In this document: piece after piece, positions 26,784 to 41,216 of the stretch
Layout: each line of letters begins with the position of its first letter
Position numbering within the stretch: position 1 is the first letter of the stretch
NCBI GenBank assembly: GCA_964016885.1
Contig: OZ024740.1
Coordinates: forward strand, 311,178,001 to 311,242,000
Direction: 5' to 3'
DNA length: 64,000 nt
DNA from: Eledone cirrhosa
Taxonomy: Eukaryota
Notes under the pieces: model-generated
The model's database searches: none
The model's input: only the letters and a program-made list of their open reading frames with translations
Told to the model about the DNA's origin: nothing
Translations under genes and position numbers: made by a program

Positions 26784-28367
26784 ATGGTGCCAATCACGAC
26801 ACGCCTCCGGTTGAGTTGCACTTCAGTTTTATTAGATCATTAATCATTTAATCAATCAACTAATGAATTAATTATCAAAGTCCTTTCGTTAGAGTAATAG
26901 TTATTGATATGATGATTATTGCTCTGTTTCTCCCCTTCTTCCACACCTACTCCATCATTATTGTTTCTCTTCTTTTCCTTCATTTTATTTTCAGTGCCTC
27001 AGTTTATTAATTAATTAGTTGATGGCTCAACTGATTGATGGATTAATTATCTCACAACCAAAGCATGTGTTTTGATTGATAGTATGACCTTCTCAAAATA
27101 CACCTCTGTCACTATACGTTATCACAACCAGGTTCTTTCAAGAGAAAAGAAAATATATATATATATATGTATATATATATTTTATATATATATATATATA
27201 TTGTATGTGTATGTAGTATGTACGTATTTATGTGTGTACATATATAAACTTTGGTGGGGGGGGGGGGGGTTCACTCTTCTGTTACTCGGAGTCGAACACA
27301 CACAAAGTGTAATTGTAATCGTTCGAATTATCTCCTAATCACTCAGTAAACTCGGGAACCTATGATCGAGATGATACTTTATAAATCAACGTATTGGAAA
27401 ACTGCGAAAACGTTCCAGATTTTAAACCAAACAGTGATATCCTTTAACCAGAGTTCTGAGGAAATGTCCAACATTTGCCTCCGGAGGCGGTTTCATCTGG
27501 ATGGCTGGCAGACACCTGTAACATTTATGCTTACAAACACAAATTCAAAACAATCAAATTTAACAAATGGTTATCCTTGATAGCTACTGATTTGAATTTG
27601 ATAGTTTCCATTAACAATAACCACATTCAACCTGTAATACATTCGACTATGTAACCCAGTTTGTCCAATAAGAATCAGCCTATTTAATGCTGTGGACTTA
27701 GCTTTATTCATTATGTTTGTCTGACTGATCACACATATTTTTCGTGAGTGAAATCCTTAGTAACACATGGGTGAATCATCAACTGTTTTCCAATAAATAG
27801 AAATTTGTTTGTAAATATGAACACGTGCGTTTGTGTTTGATCCGCTGAGGATATTGAAATAGATCAAACGTCTGCTGCTTTCACCGTTCGGCATTGCGGG
27901 AATATCCACTCTCTACTGCATTGTTTAATTTTTTCTAAATATATTGCAAAAGTTATTTACCTTATTTTATATTTGGTATTTTGTCTTGATATTGCGATAT
28001 TAATCTCAATGGTTCTTCCACTATATTTAGCAAAGGTGGCAAGCTGGTAGAGCCATTATGGTGTCTAATAGAAACTACCTCGATATTTCTTCCATCTCAT
28101 GAGCGCACTGAGTTCAACAAACAAGATTAAAATATGTCCGATGTTTTCAACGGTTGGCATTGAGTTGTTTTCCCTGCATCTACTGGTATTGCAGGCGCCA
28201 TTTCCTCTGCTTGATGTTTGGTGTGTTATTTTAGATTTGACTATCCCAAAAGGGAGTTTTTGTTTGGAAATTGCAAGTATAATGTCAGCTGATTGAAAAT
28301 TTCCCATTCTGTATATGAGACTGTATATATATATATGTATAAGTATGTATGTATATATATATATATG

Positions 28368-28568
28368 TAGGAGAAAGTATGACCCCGACGGCAGAGCTCA
28401 AGCCGTTTCGACGGCTATTTCTGGAATAGTCCAGAAATATCCCTCGAAATGGCTTGAGCTCTGCCGTCGGGGGTCATACTTTCTCCTATTACCCACTCTA
28501 CTACCCTAAGTATTGAGTACTCTGGTGCATTATGGTCCATCTGGTTCCTTACCACAACTCCTTCGTTA
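28368..28568 (+). mobile_element. Fold-back element, half-HHR family
   Basis: Imperfect palindrome ~28368..28488 around TTTCTGGAatagTCCAGAAA; tail shared with 16277..16436. Confidence 0.75.
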
Positions 28569-30147
28569 TATAGATATATAGATATATTTAGAGAGAGAGA
28601 GGGGGGGGGGGGTGCCGAAAAATCAGTGATGCATCGAAACTCAATTTATTGTGTGTTACAATTGTTTCCCCGGCGAACAGCTTGAGGTGCGGTCTGCGTG
28701 TGGATCGACCTGACTCTAGACTCGCAGGTTCCCCGGACACGTCTATTGATTTCGGAGCAATTCCTCTTTCTGGGGTTTCTGACCGTACAGGTCTATATGG
28801 TCCACCTTCATCCGCTTTGCGCGTTTTGGGTTGGTCACTGGTTAGTGACGTCATCATTATTCTGACCATTGGTAGCAACCCGCTGACCGTCATGGCGTGA
28901 GCTGTCACTCACCCACTGTCCCGTCGGCAAAATTACTGCTGTTTGTCAGCTCACACTCACACTCACACACACGCACAGAGATACTGGCAGATACATACAG
29001 AGTAGCTTGTGTGCTTACGTTCACACATGCACGCCCAGAAGCATACACACATATCCATGTGTACACACACATGGATAGTCACACAAGTATACGCATACAT
29101 GCACACAGAGAGGCACACACACACATGTATATACGCACGCATATACACACACATACACGCACCCGTATATATACATGCACACACATACACGCACCCGTAT
29201 ATATATACATGTCCCTTAGAGTAAAAATGAATTTGCGGTTCAAATGTAATTTTGTATTACTGATATATACTGTGTTGATATTTCTTCTTTTTTATAATGT
29301 ATTTTAAAACTTTCTATTTTCTGTAGTTTTCTTGAATCTCTGCGTGAAATACTGCATTAAATTTTCTTCCTAGCTTATATTAGACGACATATTCTCTGAT
29401 TCTGTGTTGTTATAATAAAGAAAGTCAATATGCTCTTTGTATATTATTTAATACTTTTTATTCTTTTAGTTATGTAATGAAGATATGATGGATCAATATT
29501 ATCCTCTCAAACTTGTTGGTAGTATTCTAATCAAGTACTGCAAGATAACGATAAATACTTAGTTATACTGAGCGTCTATGACATGTTCTGTTCAGGTAAT
29601 TTTTACTCTGTAGTATCATTTTACAGCTAAGCATCTGCATCATTGAGTCGCGGGTGTCTAGATTGTAAACCAGAGCGATATCTTTGATAAGGTTACTATG
29701 ACGCTTCTGGGAAGTAAAGTTGATTGAAGAGTAGGATGTTGTGTCTATTAACGATATATCAGTAGAGAAAAAGTTTTTTCTCCAGTATCAGTTAACAATA
29801 GATATGTGATGTTAATTAGTGATATGTGGTTAAGATAATTTACAACTCCCAAGATATCCCCACATTATTCAACAATGTTTGTTCGACTTTACTTTTCTAT
29901 TTTTTCTTTCTCAAATCTTCAACTGTTCTATCTATTTCTATATTTAAACAAGGTGGGCATCAAAGTGAGCGCATTAATTTGTAATGCAGAACTTTCACTA
30001 TGGGGTTATAATATAAACGATTAGAGAGTTAATATCAAAAGACCTGTATTGTAAGCAAACTTAGGGAAATATAAGAAGATTATCATATGCTGCAGTATAC
30101 AACAAAATTAAATTAAAATATACATTAATTGTTCGAGCGTTATAAAA

Positions 30148-30530
30148 ATAATTGTTTCTACTATTGGCACAAGGCCAGCAATTACCCAATACATTACTGG
30201 TACTTTATTTTATCGACCTCGTAAGGATGAAAGGCAAAGTTAACCTCGGCGCGATTTGAACTCAGAATGGCAAGGGCCGTAACTCTATGCGTCAAAGCAT
30301 GGCGTCCGACCCTCTACCGATACTGCCAATTCACCAAAAATAATGGTTTCTGATTTAGGCACAAGGCCAACAATAATTGGGGAAATAAAAGTCGATTAAA
30401 TCGATCCCAGTGCATTACTGGTACTTTATTTTCTCGACCCCATAAGGATGAAAGGCAAAGCTGACCTCAGCGGAATTTGAACTCAGAACGCAAAGGGCCG
30501 TAACTCTATGCCGTTAAGCATGTTGTCCGA
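30148..30530 (-). mobile_element. Two tandem tRNA-type SINE copies
   Basis: Reverse complement of the family consensus, twice. Confidence 0.88.
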
Positions 30531-30837
30531 AAAAAGGGTGTTGTGTAATAGTAAAAATATATAAAATAAATTACATCAAAGGTATATATTGAGTTAGAAA
30601 CTCAAAATAGTCTCTTACAATAAAATAGCTCTAGGAAAGAAATTTTTCCGAGTCGTATATTATAATTGAATGTAAAAGAAAAACGAACACAGATATATAC
30701 ATATATGTGTTCAAATCGCAAGGGACCAGATTCGCTAAGGTGAAAAGAATACTAACTATAGACAATAGGGTTTTCCTGACTCAAATTAAGAATAAATCAA
30801 GAAAATAAATACAAACCGGAATTGTGGTAACTACCAA

Positions 30838-30911
30838 TCATCCAGACAGCTTTTGGTAATGTTGTTTCGCAATATTAATAGGAATGCCAATTCATGCTCA
30901 TCAGTGGGTGA
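30838..30911 (-). ncRNA. Type I hammerhead ribozyme, mutated inverted copy
   Basis: Reverse complement of 31248..31321 with one mismatch in stem I and one in stem III. Confidence 0.65.
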
Positions 30912-31247
30912 AGAATTAGTATCCTAGACACTTCTAAGTATATTAAAAAACTGAATAGTGTGCTTATATAAATAACGCACATGGTATCTGAACTTAGCGC
31001 GTCTCACAAACTTACACCACTAAAAATAGCAGCCAGGTTTATTCGACATTTGAATTAGCTCAACAAATTAACGGAGCCGAGTATATCAAAGGTATATATT
31101 GAGTTAGAAACTCAAAATAATCTCTTACAATAAAATAGCTCTAGATAGTCTCTTACAATAAAATAGCTCAGATACCATGTGCGTTATTTATATAAGCACA
31201 CTATTCAGTTTTTTAATATACTTAGAAGTGTCTAGGATATTAATTCT

Positions 31248-31321
31248 TCACCCACTGATGAGCATGAATTGGCATTCCTATTAATATTGCGAAACAGCAT
31301 TACCAAAAGCTGTCTGGGTGA
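31248..31321 (+). ncRNA. Canonical type I hammerhead ribozyme
   Basis: TCACCCA-CTGATGA-GCA..TGC-GAAACAGC-attaccaaaa-GCTGT-C-TGGGTGA; 7-bp stem I, GUC site, predicted cut after 31314. Confidence 0.9.
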
Positions 31322-34070
31322 TTGGTAGTTACCACAATTCCGGTTTGTATTTATTTTCTTGATTTATTCTTAAATTGAGTCAGGCAAACCCTATTGTCTA
31401 TAGTTAGTATTCTTTTCACCTTAGCGAATCTGGTCCCTTGCGATTTGAACACATATATGTATATATCTGTGTTCGTTTTTCTTTTATATTCAATTATAAA
31501 ATAAATTACAGAGATATTTGAAATTCTACCTTCACAAAATGCATCCCTGTAGTAACCTTTTCATAGACTTTGAGCATGGTTACTTTCATCATTTAAACAT
31601 ACAATTCTATTCAAAAACATAATATTCGATATTTAATTTGAATTCTATGAGTCTTTGAACTTTTATGAGTTATCCAAATGTCCACATTCCTATTGATAGA
31701 AAGAAAACTAAATGAAAAACTAAAACATTATTTATAAATTTCAGACTGTTTACGTAATTATTTATGCCCAGCAACGCAATCATGGCCTTTTCGTTAGACC
31801 GACAATTGTTTCAAGAATAGAGGGAATTCATATAAAATCAAAGAAAACAATAACAGTAATCAAAAATGTATAACTCAAATGTGTCCTTTCGTCGAGAACA
31901 GACAAGTGTTTGACATCGCTCTGTATCACTGAACAGAAGGAATGTCCTATCGGAAATTAAATGCAATTGATTTACTTGTTGTTTTATTGTCACTGTTGCT
32001 AAAAATTACTATTATTGTTATCATTATTTGGGAGGGGAGGCGCGATGAATTAGCAAAAATTGTTGAGCGCGAAAGAAATCTTTATTTAATCGCACAAAGT
32101 AGGTTCTTGTTCAAATATCGCCGATGTCACTTGTGCATTTCATTATCTATGAACGAACAGTGTAACAATTGATCACAAACTGGAATCAATTCGAGCGATA
32201 ATACCAATGACCTACATATTATTGAGGATTTGTTAACATTACTGTTAACTGGTATGAGGTTGACGTCATTGATATTGTATCAAGGTTTATAGAAATACCA
32301 ATAGTACAAGGATGAAATTATTTCACTTAATTTACATCAAAAGCGCCAATGTATGAATGTCATGACATCCCATTTCGCCTAAAATTGAAAAAGATATTAA
32401 CTTGTTAATCGGCAGGTTTGTCTAGCTTGAGCAGACATATGAATAAATGCGTTCCAATGGTGGCTATCCAGTTTTTCCTTTCGATATAGTATATCTAGGA
32501 CTAGATTGTGTAATGTGACATCCTTATTTAAGACAGTAGTTTGGAAGGTGAGGAAGATTTGGCTGCTGTTTCTAACAGGTCAATCACGAAGAGATTCTCC
32601 CGTTGGCTCTACTTTCAATGTTGGCAGAGTCTCAGCATAATTTGCCATATTCAGTTTCGATGATTTTGGAGCCGCAAGCTACAATCTTGACGACCAACTT
32701 ATATTTCATCGAATTGTGTTGATGAGATAAGTAACAATAATATAAAAATGTAAAATTAATGTGTCCCTTCTTTAGAAATAATGACTGAAACCTTATAATC
32801 ACTGTTAGTTTATACTATAAAGTAGACTTTTTGGATTTTACTTTAGCAAAGTTACAGACTTGGCTTTCATTCATGATTGTTCCATTACATCATTAAAAAC
32901 CTGAGGAAAGCTATAAACAACATGTTTCATTTCCATTTCTCTAAAAATACTTAAGCTTTATGGCTATGCAAAATAAAAAAAGTATTATTACTGTTACTGC
33001 TTTTAATGGTGTTGTAGTTGATATGAGTTATTGCTATCTGTTCTTTTATGATTATTGATAACAGTGTACAGATTGACAGCGCTCTTAATACTGTTAACAA
33101 GTTTGTTGAATGTAGGTATATGCCACATGGGTTGCGTTTAAAAAACTTATATAATTTATATCTATTGCGTATTATGAAATATTGTAGTTTAACTGTATTC
33201 TCCAATATACTCACACTTCAAGTAATATCAATTTATTCCGCAGGGCTAGAAATTATTCCAATATAAAGTTTAAGTTTGACGTGCAATGAAATACAACTCC
33301 CATGTGTAGGACGATGCTGATACTAATCATACAGACATCCAAGAATAGATCATTCGATTGATTAAATTGCCGTCATTCTCTTGTACACTCCAACCACTGA
33401 CCGAAAGACATGCAATCCCTCATTCTGCCTTTTCTACCGTTATTTGCAAGTCGAGTGACTATACTGAATAATTGAAATGAATGATACGGAGATTGTAAAA
33501 GGATTTTTGTATTGTGAGTAGAACATATTTGGCCAGAGACAAGAAAGCAGACCTGCCAATCTCTAAACACCCAAACAGGGAGTACCATGAAAAAAGGTGA
33601 CCCAAAACAGGGAAAAATGGGGAGTTTTTACACAATGAAGGCTATACCCACAAGAAAAGACATCTCTCATCCACCCCAAAGTGGGTGGGAGATCTCCCCG
33701 TCGGACGGGGAGAGTTGATACGTCTGAGAAAGTCGCAACATGGGAAGCTGAAAGAGCAAAGCTCACGAGTAAATGGATGTCAGTAGGTAATGTGTGCCTT
33801 TCTCCACAGGAACTAACTACTATTTCAGCATTGCAGTGTTTAAAATAAATGGGGCTTTGAGATTGTGTGATTTGGCCATAGGTGGGATATGGTTTAACGC
33901 CTTCACTTAACTATGTAGAATATCTGAAAGCGAAAATATATTTGTTAAAACGACAGTCGTCATAATACTTGCGGCATGTCGCGGTTGAAGTTTCTAATGT
34001 GTCATACACTAAGAGATTGCGATTTAAAGCTGTGCACTGAAGTAGTGGATATGCCGGAGTAGTGGACATG

Positions 34071-34103
<33 letters not shown>

Positions 34104-34719
34104 CGTCGTCGTCGTCGTCGTCGTCGTCAGTATTGAGTGGCAGAATAGGTAGAATAATTGAACAGTAATATCTGTGTCATTTTTTCGCTCTTCATTTTGT
34201 TTCTGCAAATTACGTATAATTATTTAGTGATTTGAATGCCGATAATTGTTACGCTATTGTCATTGTTGTCATGGAAAATAATGTTAGGGTAATTATGTGT
34301 TATGTATCTGCATGCTAAAGTTCCAACGTATCTTTGTACTGTCATTTACTAAGACACGTTGAGATTCACATGTATATCACAGGTGAATTTAAACTAGTTG
34401 GATTGGCGTGTGATAACTCGTTTCGCTGTTATAGTGTAAATTTTGTATTTTTCGTGAGAACTAGCGTAAAACATTCTGATAAAATATCGTGTATTGTTTC
34501 AGAAAATACTCCCTAAAAGATTATATTTATCTATATAGAAGGGTTGTAGATCTCTCTTTTCACATAGTAGATTACCCTTAAATGGTGAATAGAGATGCTT
34601 CTGCTGCTCTAATCGGTCAGTATTTGTTCATCCCGGCGAAAGATTTTGTTTTTTGGAGAGGGGCTGAAGAAGGAATTTAGTGCGCGAAATAATTATAGTG
34701 TGTAAAAAGTTATCTGTAT

Positions 34720-35010
34720 AGTGATTCGCCAACAAATCTCTCATCCACAACCCCACATCTAAACCAGCCGGCTTTGACTTTCCCAGAAAGCAATGGGTGT
34801 CTCTTAATCGGATCCGCACAAAACATGTCACGAAAGCCCATAATCTCCATCGACAGCCCAGCATGTGACCGTGGGGATCCTGAACAGACAATGCTGCATG
34901 CTGTTTAAGATTACCCTCTCAGACGTTTTCCTGGCAGTCTGCAAACAATCCATAATCCTGCAAATGACTCACTCGTCTGGCGTACCGATCTCGACTTCCC
35001 TCTCTAGCTA
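34720..35010 (+). mobile_element. Ingi/Vingi-like LINE 3' fragment
   Basis: PAGFDFPRKQWVSLNRIRTKH and SPACDRGDPEQTMLHAV*DYPLRRF..W..LD motifs. Confidence 0.75.
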
Positions 35011-35023
35011 CCGTGCATTTGTG

Positions 35024-35084
<61 letters not shown>

Positions 35085-35216
35085 AGATAAATCTACCAAG
35101 AGTTTACGGTAGTGTCCAATCCGTATGAAGAACTCAATGTAATCCGGATATCATGGAAAGAAGAGATGCATTCAAAAATCACTTTCGGTGAAAGATAAAC
35201 GGAATACAGAGTCAAG

Positions 35217-35571
35217 ATAAAGTATTAAAAAAATAATGAATAAAACAATGAAACAGTTCCTTATATTAAACAAAAAAAGTTCATTATTTAACGATCGTTT
35301 CTAGGACATATATGTGTTAGAATTGGCATGCATATTCAACAGATCTATGTACAAAATTATACAAAATTATACAAACTATCAAATATAATATACATGTATA
35401 TGTATATTATATTTGATAGTTTGTGTAATTTTGTATAATTTTGTACATAGATCTGTTGAATATGCATGCCAATTCTAACACATATATGTCCTAGAAACGA
35501 TCGTTAAATAATGAACTTTTTTTGTTTAATATAAGGAACTGTTTCATTGTTTTATTCATTATTTTTTTAAT

Positions 35572-35578
<7 letters not shown>
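35217..35578. repeat. Near-perfect palindrome, 179-bp arms with a 4-nt spacer, abutting (TA)n
   Basis: 35217..35395 vs 35400..35578, one mismatch seen. Confidence 0.92.
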
Positions 35579-35638
<60 letters not shown>

Positions 35639-36046
35639 TCCCTCGCCTGACCTTCTAGCAGTCTTTTTCTCACTTACACTCGTTTGGATCAGTCGCGTCT
35701 TTTTTCGTTCGATCACACGCACTTGAACTTATGTTCTGTTACCGCTGTGGTCTTGGATTCTCTCACCTTCAGTTGCTGCACATTCTTCGGGTTGTTGTTT
35801 TTTTCGTTGTTTTCCTTTTCTTTCTTTTTCTTCCCTTTTCTTCCCTTTTCTTCCCTTTTCCCTTCTATTTTCCTTCTCTCCCTCCTCCGTTTTCCCAATA
35901 ACTTACCCGGATATTGAACGCTCTGGTGGTAGATATATTGTCTTTAAAGCGTTGAAAAATCCGAGACCCCCAATAGACAACTGAAGAGGAAAACTCCCCC
36001 GCCCTCCTCGTTCTTGGTTTCTTCTTATTTTCATTCCATTTTTAAG

Positions 36047-36102
<56 letters not shown>

Positions 36103-36103
<1 letters not shown>

Positions 36104-36450
36104 CGTTATACCTGTATAAATACAGAATATGTTACAGAGACTGCACCAATTTGTATAAATATATACGCATATTTAATATGTAGACTAGTAAACATGCCAG
36201 AAAATACGAAAGTCCCTGGAAACTAAAAAAATAACATTTAATTAATATTCGGATCTAATTGGACTCTCATCAGAAGGCGTGTATATCATCCAATCAACCA
36301 CAAGGAATCATGTACTTTATAGGTACATATACCCAGTCATTCCTACTATTATTCTGAAATGAATGCACTAATTTGCTTATAAATGTGTATATATTTATAC
36401 ACGTTGGTGCACTCTCCGTTACTTACTATGTATTTCTACAGATATAACTT
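36103..36450. repeat. Diverged inverted repeat (arms ~70 bp)
   Basis: GTTATACCTGTATAAATACA..TGCACCAA..TGTATAAATATATAC vs GTATATATTTATACA..TTGGTGCA..TGTATTTCTACAGATATAAC. Confidence 0.55.
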
Positions 36451-36484
36451 TATTATACACTTCAGTTGCTAGCGTACTTCTTCA

Positions 36485-36880
36485 GCGCCACTGGTCACAT
36501 GTAACCCAGTACAACTTGTGCATGGTCAGATCGTCGGTGACTAAACTGGCAACCCCACCAAGCTTGATGAAAAACAAAACCCGTCAAAGGGCGGAGGGCG
36601 GAGGAACTCAGGAGTCAACGGCCATCCAATAAAGTTTCTTTTTGTGGAGTGAGAGACTCCTAGTCTTCGTTAAGACATCTCTCTAGGAGAAGGTCACTCT
36701 GATATAAAACCTGCGACTTCGTTTGCATCCAATTATGTCGACTAGTTCTTCGTTTTAAGCATTCGATGTTCAGGGAGTGGGATTGGCCCCGTGCAAAGCA
36801 TTTCCTCACTTAAAAAAGCTTCAAGCACAGGCATCGCTTGATATGTGACATTTTTGCGATGCATGGTATCGCTTGCCATA
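36485..36880 (+). mobile_element. RTE-like 5' region, relative of the 41.8-45.8 kb elements
   Basis: Shares CCCAGTACAAC, GACTAAACTGGCAACCCCACCAAG, CTAGGAGAAGG..ACTCTGATATAA, AAAGCTTCA..CACAGGCAT. Confidence 0.7.
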
Positions 36881-37109
36881 GGCAAATCCCTAGCAGGACT
36901 AAAAAGCTATGCACCGTAATAGAAATATAACATGCGTAGCTAAAACCTTTTGTTCTAAACTCATGGAGTTTTATGAAGTGGTTCTCAGTTCTAGTATATC
37001 CATAAGATAGCGTTGAAAGTTAGAATTCCTCTTGGGTAGAACACTGGTGTATATTAAACAACATCCCAATAAGCTGTCTTATTTATATCTGCCTGCTAGG
37101 TGAACTAAA

Positions 37110-37290
37110 TAATTGTTTCTACTTTAGGCACAAGGCCAACAATTATCCCAGTGCATTACTGGGACTTTATTTTATCGACCCCGTAAGGATGAAAGGCAAA
37201 GTCAACCTCGGCGGGATTTGAACTCAGATCGTAAAGGGGCGTAACTATGCTGGAAAGCATGGCGTTCGACCCTCTACCGATACTGCCAAT
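37110..37290 (-). mobile_element. tRNA-type SINE, near full length
   Basis: Reverse complement of the family consensus. Confidence 0.9.
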
Positions 37291-37856
37291 CTAAATAATA
37301 CAAGATTTACTGTACTGTCCAAATAACGACCAAAAGACTTGCAATGAATATACTCTCAAGACCACAGATATAAAGATTGTAGCACTATATCCTCAGTACG
37401 TTATTTAGATAATTTATTAAGTAGAGCATATAGCCAAAAGACGAATGGTCACTGTCATCAGAAAATGCTCTGCTTTAGATACAAATAGCAAATTTGTAAA
37501 GCAAATGAGATGTTACTCTATGCGTAATCTTGTAGTTTTCACATTATTACAGATTTTAAGAGTATTTTGAAGTTATTTTAAATTGATATTGAGTTGTTTT
37601 GTGTATTTAGTTGCTTTTTCCTGTTTACGTATTTGTTCAACAACAAACAACTGTAATTAAGTGTCCAAATAGCATCGTTTTTAATCAGATGTCAATGTTA
37701 GAAGTGTTGTGTTGTATTGAAAATTAATTGCCGTCAGCAAGTCGCCTATGTGGTGGAAATAATATCATGAGGCTAGATTTTCAAAACACATACACATATA
37801 AACAATCATGTATAAATATAAATATTTAAAATTAAAATTACATTGATTCACATCCA

Positions 37857-38253
<397 letters not shown>

Positions 38254-38377
38254 TGTGTGTATGTGTGTGTGTGTATCATGTATGTATATATACATATATA
38301 TATATATACTTCCTCCGAAGCGTGATACTAATAAAACTTTGTGTTTTTGCAACCCTGTGTATGTGTTGTCAATTATT

Positions 38378-38441
<64 letters not shown>

Positions 38442-38486
38442 TATGTATATGCGTGAACGAGTGGGCATGTATATATGTATCTATGC

Positions 38487-38526
<40 letters not shown>

Positions 38527-38533
38527 GTGTATT

Positions 38534-38600
<67 letters not shown>

Positions 38601-39529
38601 TACATGTGTGTGTCTGTGAGGTAGGTGTATGTTTGTGTGTGGGTGTGTGTAGTTATCACTTTTCTTTTATCGTATTATATCTCATTTCGTTTTACATTTG
38701 TAATTTAATCTATTTTTATTTTATTTTATTTTATTTTATTTTATTAATTTTACGGTTTTAATTTTTTTACTTTTTCATCTTTATTCATTTTATGTATATT
38801 TATATATTTATTCAATCTTTTTCTTAATTTAATTTTTTTCACTTTTTTACTTTCTACTTTATCTTTTATCAGTTTTCACCTTTCATTTTCCATTTTATCA
38901 GTCACTATTTTATTATATTATATTTACTATATAAATATATACTTAATAAGTAATTTTGATATAAAATCTGCTTGATATATATTCATCTAGGCCACATTTA
39001 TATAATTTGAGAAAAAACCGGTCGCAGTAAGTTGAATATCTTACGTGTAAGAATATCCTATTAAATTACTATTATCTTCTTGAGATAGTAATTTATTTTT
39101 AAGCCTATTTTGCATTTAAATTTAATTTGCGTCATATTGACTATTTTCGGGATAACAGTCAATGTAAATATATCGACTCCGAGGTAACCATTAAATTATT
39201 ACTAATTTTATTTATTTTTTAGACTCGCTTCCAGAATGGCAATTCGTATAAATACGGACAAATACCATTTGATTGCAAAAAGAATAAATCAATAATTAAA
39301 TAAAATCGTTTCCATTTGACGAACAGTGGCCGATTCTTGTAAACTTCTCCACAAATGTATATTGGCATGCTGATTACGAAAATTACTGCCATATTTTTTA
39401 GAAATGAATAATAAAAAAGTTATAATAGTTTTTTAAATTTACATTTTTAAGTAATTTCAGTCAATCAAAACCATTCATTTTCTCTAATGACATAATAACA
39501 ATACGTAAAACAACAAAAATATCGTTTAT

Positions 39530-39531
39530 AA

Positions 39532-39621
<90 letters not shown>

Positions 39622-39672
39622 CAGCAGCAGCAGCAGCAGTGGTGGTGATGGTTGTGGTGATGGTGGTGGTGG
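39530..39672. repeat. (TAG)n/(CAG)n/(TGG)n trinucleotide tract
   Basis: Directly visible. Confidence 0.95.
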
Positions 39673-39734
39673 TGACCTGTCTTTTGGTCTTGTTTTAAAG
39701 CCATCATTGATTTCCAACGTCATAAAATAAAATA

Positions 39735-40380
39735 AAATAAAATACCAGTAATGTACTGGGTAATTGCTGGCCTTGAGCTTAAAGTAGAAACAATTATTAT
39801 TGTTGTTGTTGGCGGATTGGCAAAATCGATAGAAGGTCGGACACCATGCTTTGCAGCATAGAGTTACGGCCCTTTACGGTCTCGGTTCAATCCCGCCGAG
39901 GTTAACTTTGCCTTTCATCCTTATGGGATCGATAAAATAAAGTACCAGTCACGCACTGGGGTCGATTTAACCGACTTTCCCCGCCCCCAAAATTGCTGGC
40001 CTTGTGCCTATATAAGAAACTATTATTATTATTGTTGTTGTTTGAAAGGCAAAGTTAATCCCGCTGAAGTTAACTTTGCCTTTCATCCTTACGGGGTCGA
40101 TAAAATAAAGTACCAGTAATACACTGGGTAATTGCTGGCCTTGTGCCTAAAGTAGAAACAATTATTATTGTTGTTGTTGGCTGATTGACAGAATCGGTAG
40201 AGGGTCGGACGTTATGCTTTGCAGCATAGAGTTACGGCCCTTTACGGTCTGAGTTAAAATCTTGCCGAGGTTAACTTTGCCTTTCATCCTTATAGGGTCG
40301 ATAAAATAAAGTACCAGTAATGCACTGGGATAATTGCTTGCCTTGTGCCAAAAGTAGAAACAATTATTATCGTTGTTGTT
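39735..40380 (+). mobile_element. Head-to-tail cluster of four tRNA-type SINE copies or fragments
   Basis: Family consensus repeated, each ending in ATTATTATTGTTGTT tails. Confidence 0.88.
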
Positions 40381-41080
40381 GCCCGGCTTTTGATCTTGTC
40401 TTATATCAATCCATCTCTGTATATCTATCTGTCTAGCAAGCTATGTCTGTCTAGCGGTCTACCTATCAATATTTATTGATCTATCTGTTAATATCTACCT
40501 GGATCAATTTTTGAATGAAGGATATTAGGAATAATGACATTTGTTTGGGAGATATTTTACTTATATTACACAAAATAACAGTCCTAAACAGTGAGGCGAT
40601 AAATAATCATATATCCATATATAGAGATTTGTGAACACAAACAAGTCATCTGCATTCGCCACATTCGTATGTACAATTACTTACAACTTACCTTAATCAC
40701 TTTAGCTATCTACAAATTAACTGATAAATTAAAGAGTCACTTCCCTTAACCACTCGAGTAGACAAAAAACAAAAAGCCCTAGGGAATATTAGGATCTCCA
40801 CATTAGGAGAAGCAATTCGTTGATGGATAACTACTCCCCATTTCATATCTTTGTCCAGGTGCCTGAAAGAAGACCAGTTTAAAAGTTCCTCCTGCAATAT
40901 ACAGTGGTGGCCATGCCTGGACCCCGCAACCAATGGTAGCACACACACATGTTAAGTGTATGAAACTTTGTTTGTACTAAATAAGCTCTCTTGCAACCGA
41001 TCAAACACTGTTTTCTTTAATCTTTCATCTAGTGATTTCAACACGCACACACACACGCACACACACACATACATATATAC

Positions 41081-41216
<136 letters not shown>

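Larger units (their letters stand above)
30576..31494. mobile_element. Penelope pseudo-LTR-like element with ~330-bp inverted arms and a 16-bp flanking direct repeat
   Basis: Arms ~30660..30990 and ~31169..31499; TATAAAATAAATTACA at 30560..30575 and 31495..31510; internal direct repeat ~30575..30634 / ~31085..31145. Confidence 0.8.

Noticed and set aside
27834-27869. GTTTGATC..CTGAGGA-TATT-GAAAT..GATCAAAC hammerhead look-alike
   Set aside because: No stem III or cleavage triplet can be formed.
27280-27900. Possible very old LINE fragment
   Set aside because: Only weak motif hints; not supportable by eye.
36195-36280. Minus-strand CTGATGA-GAGTCC..GGACTT hairpin
   Set aside because: The GAAA half of the core is missing; at most a dead relic.
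39735-40380. Regularly spaced repeats resembling a CRISPR array or tRNA gene cluster
   Set aside because: They are SINE copies of variable length; no unique spacers, no cas genes, no complete cloverleaf.
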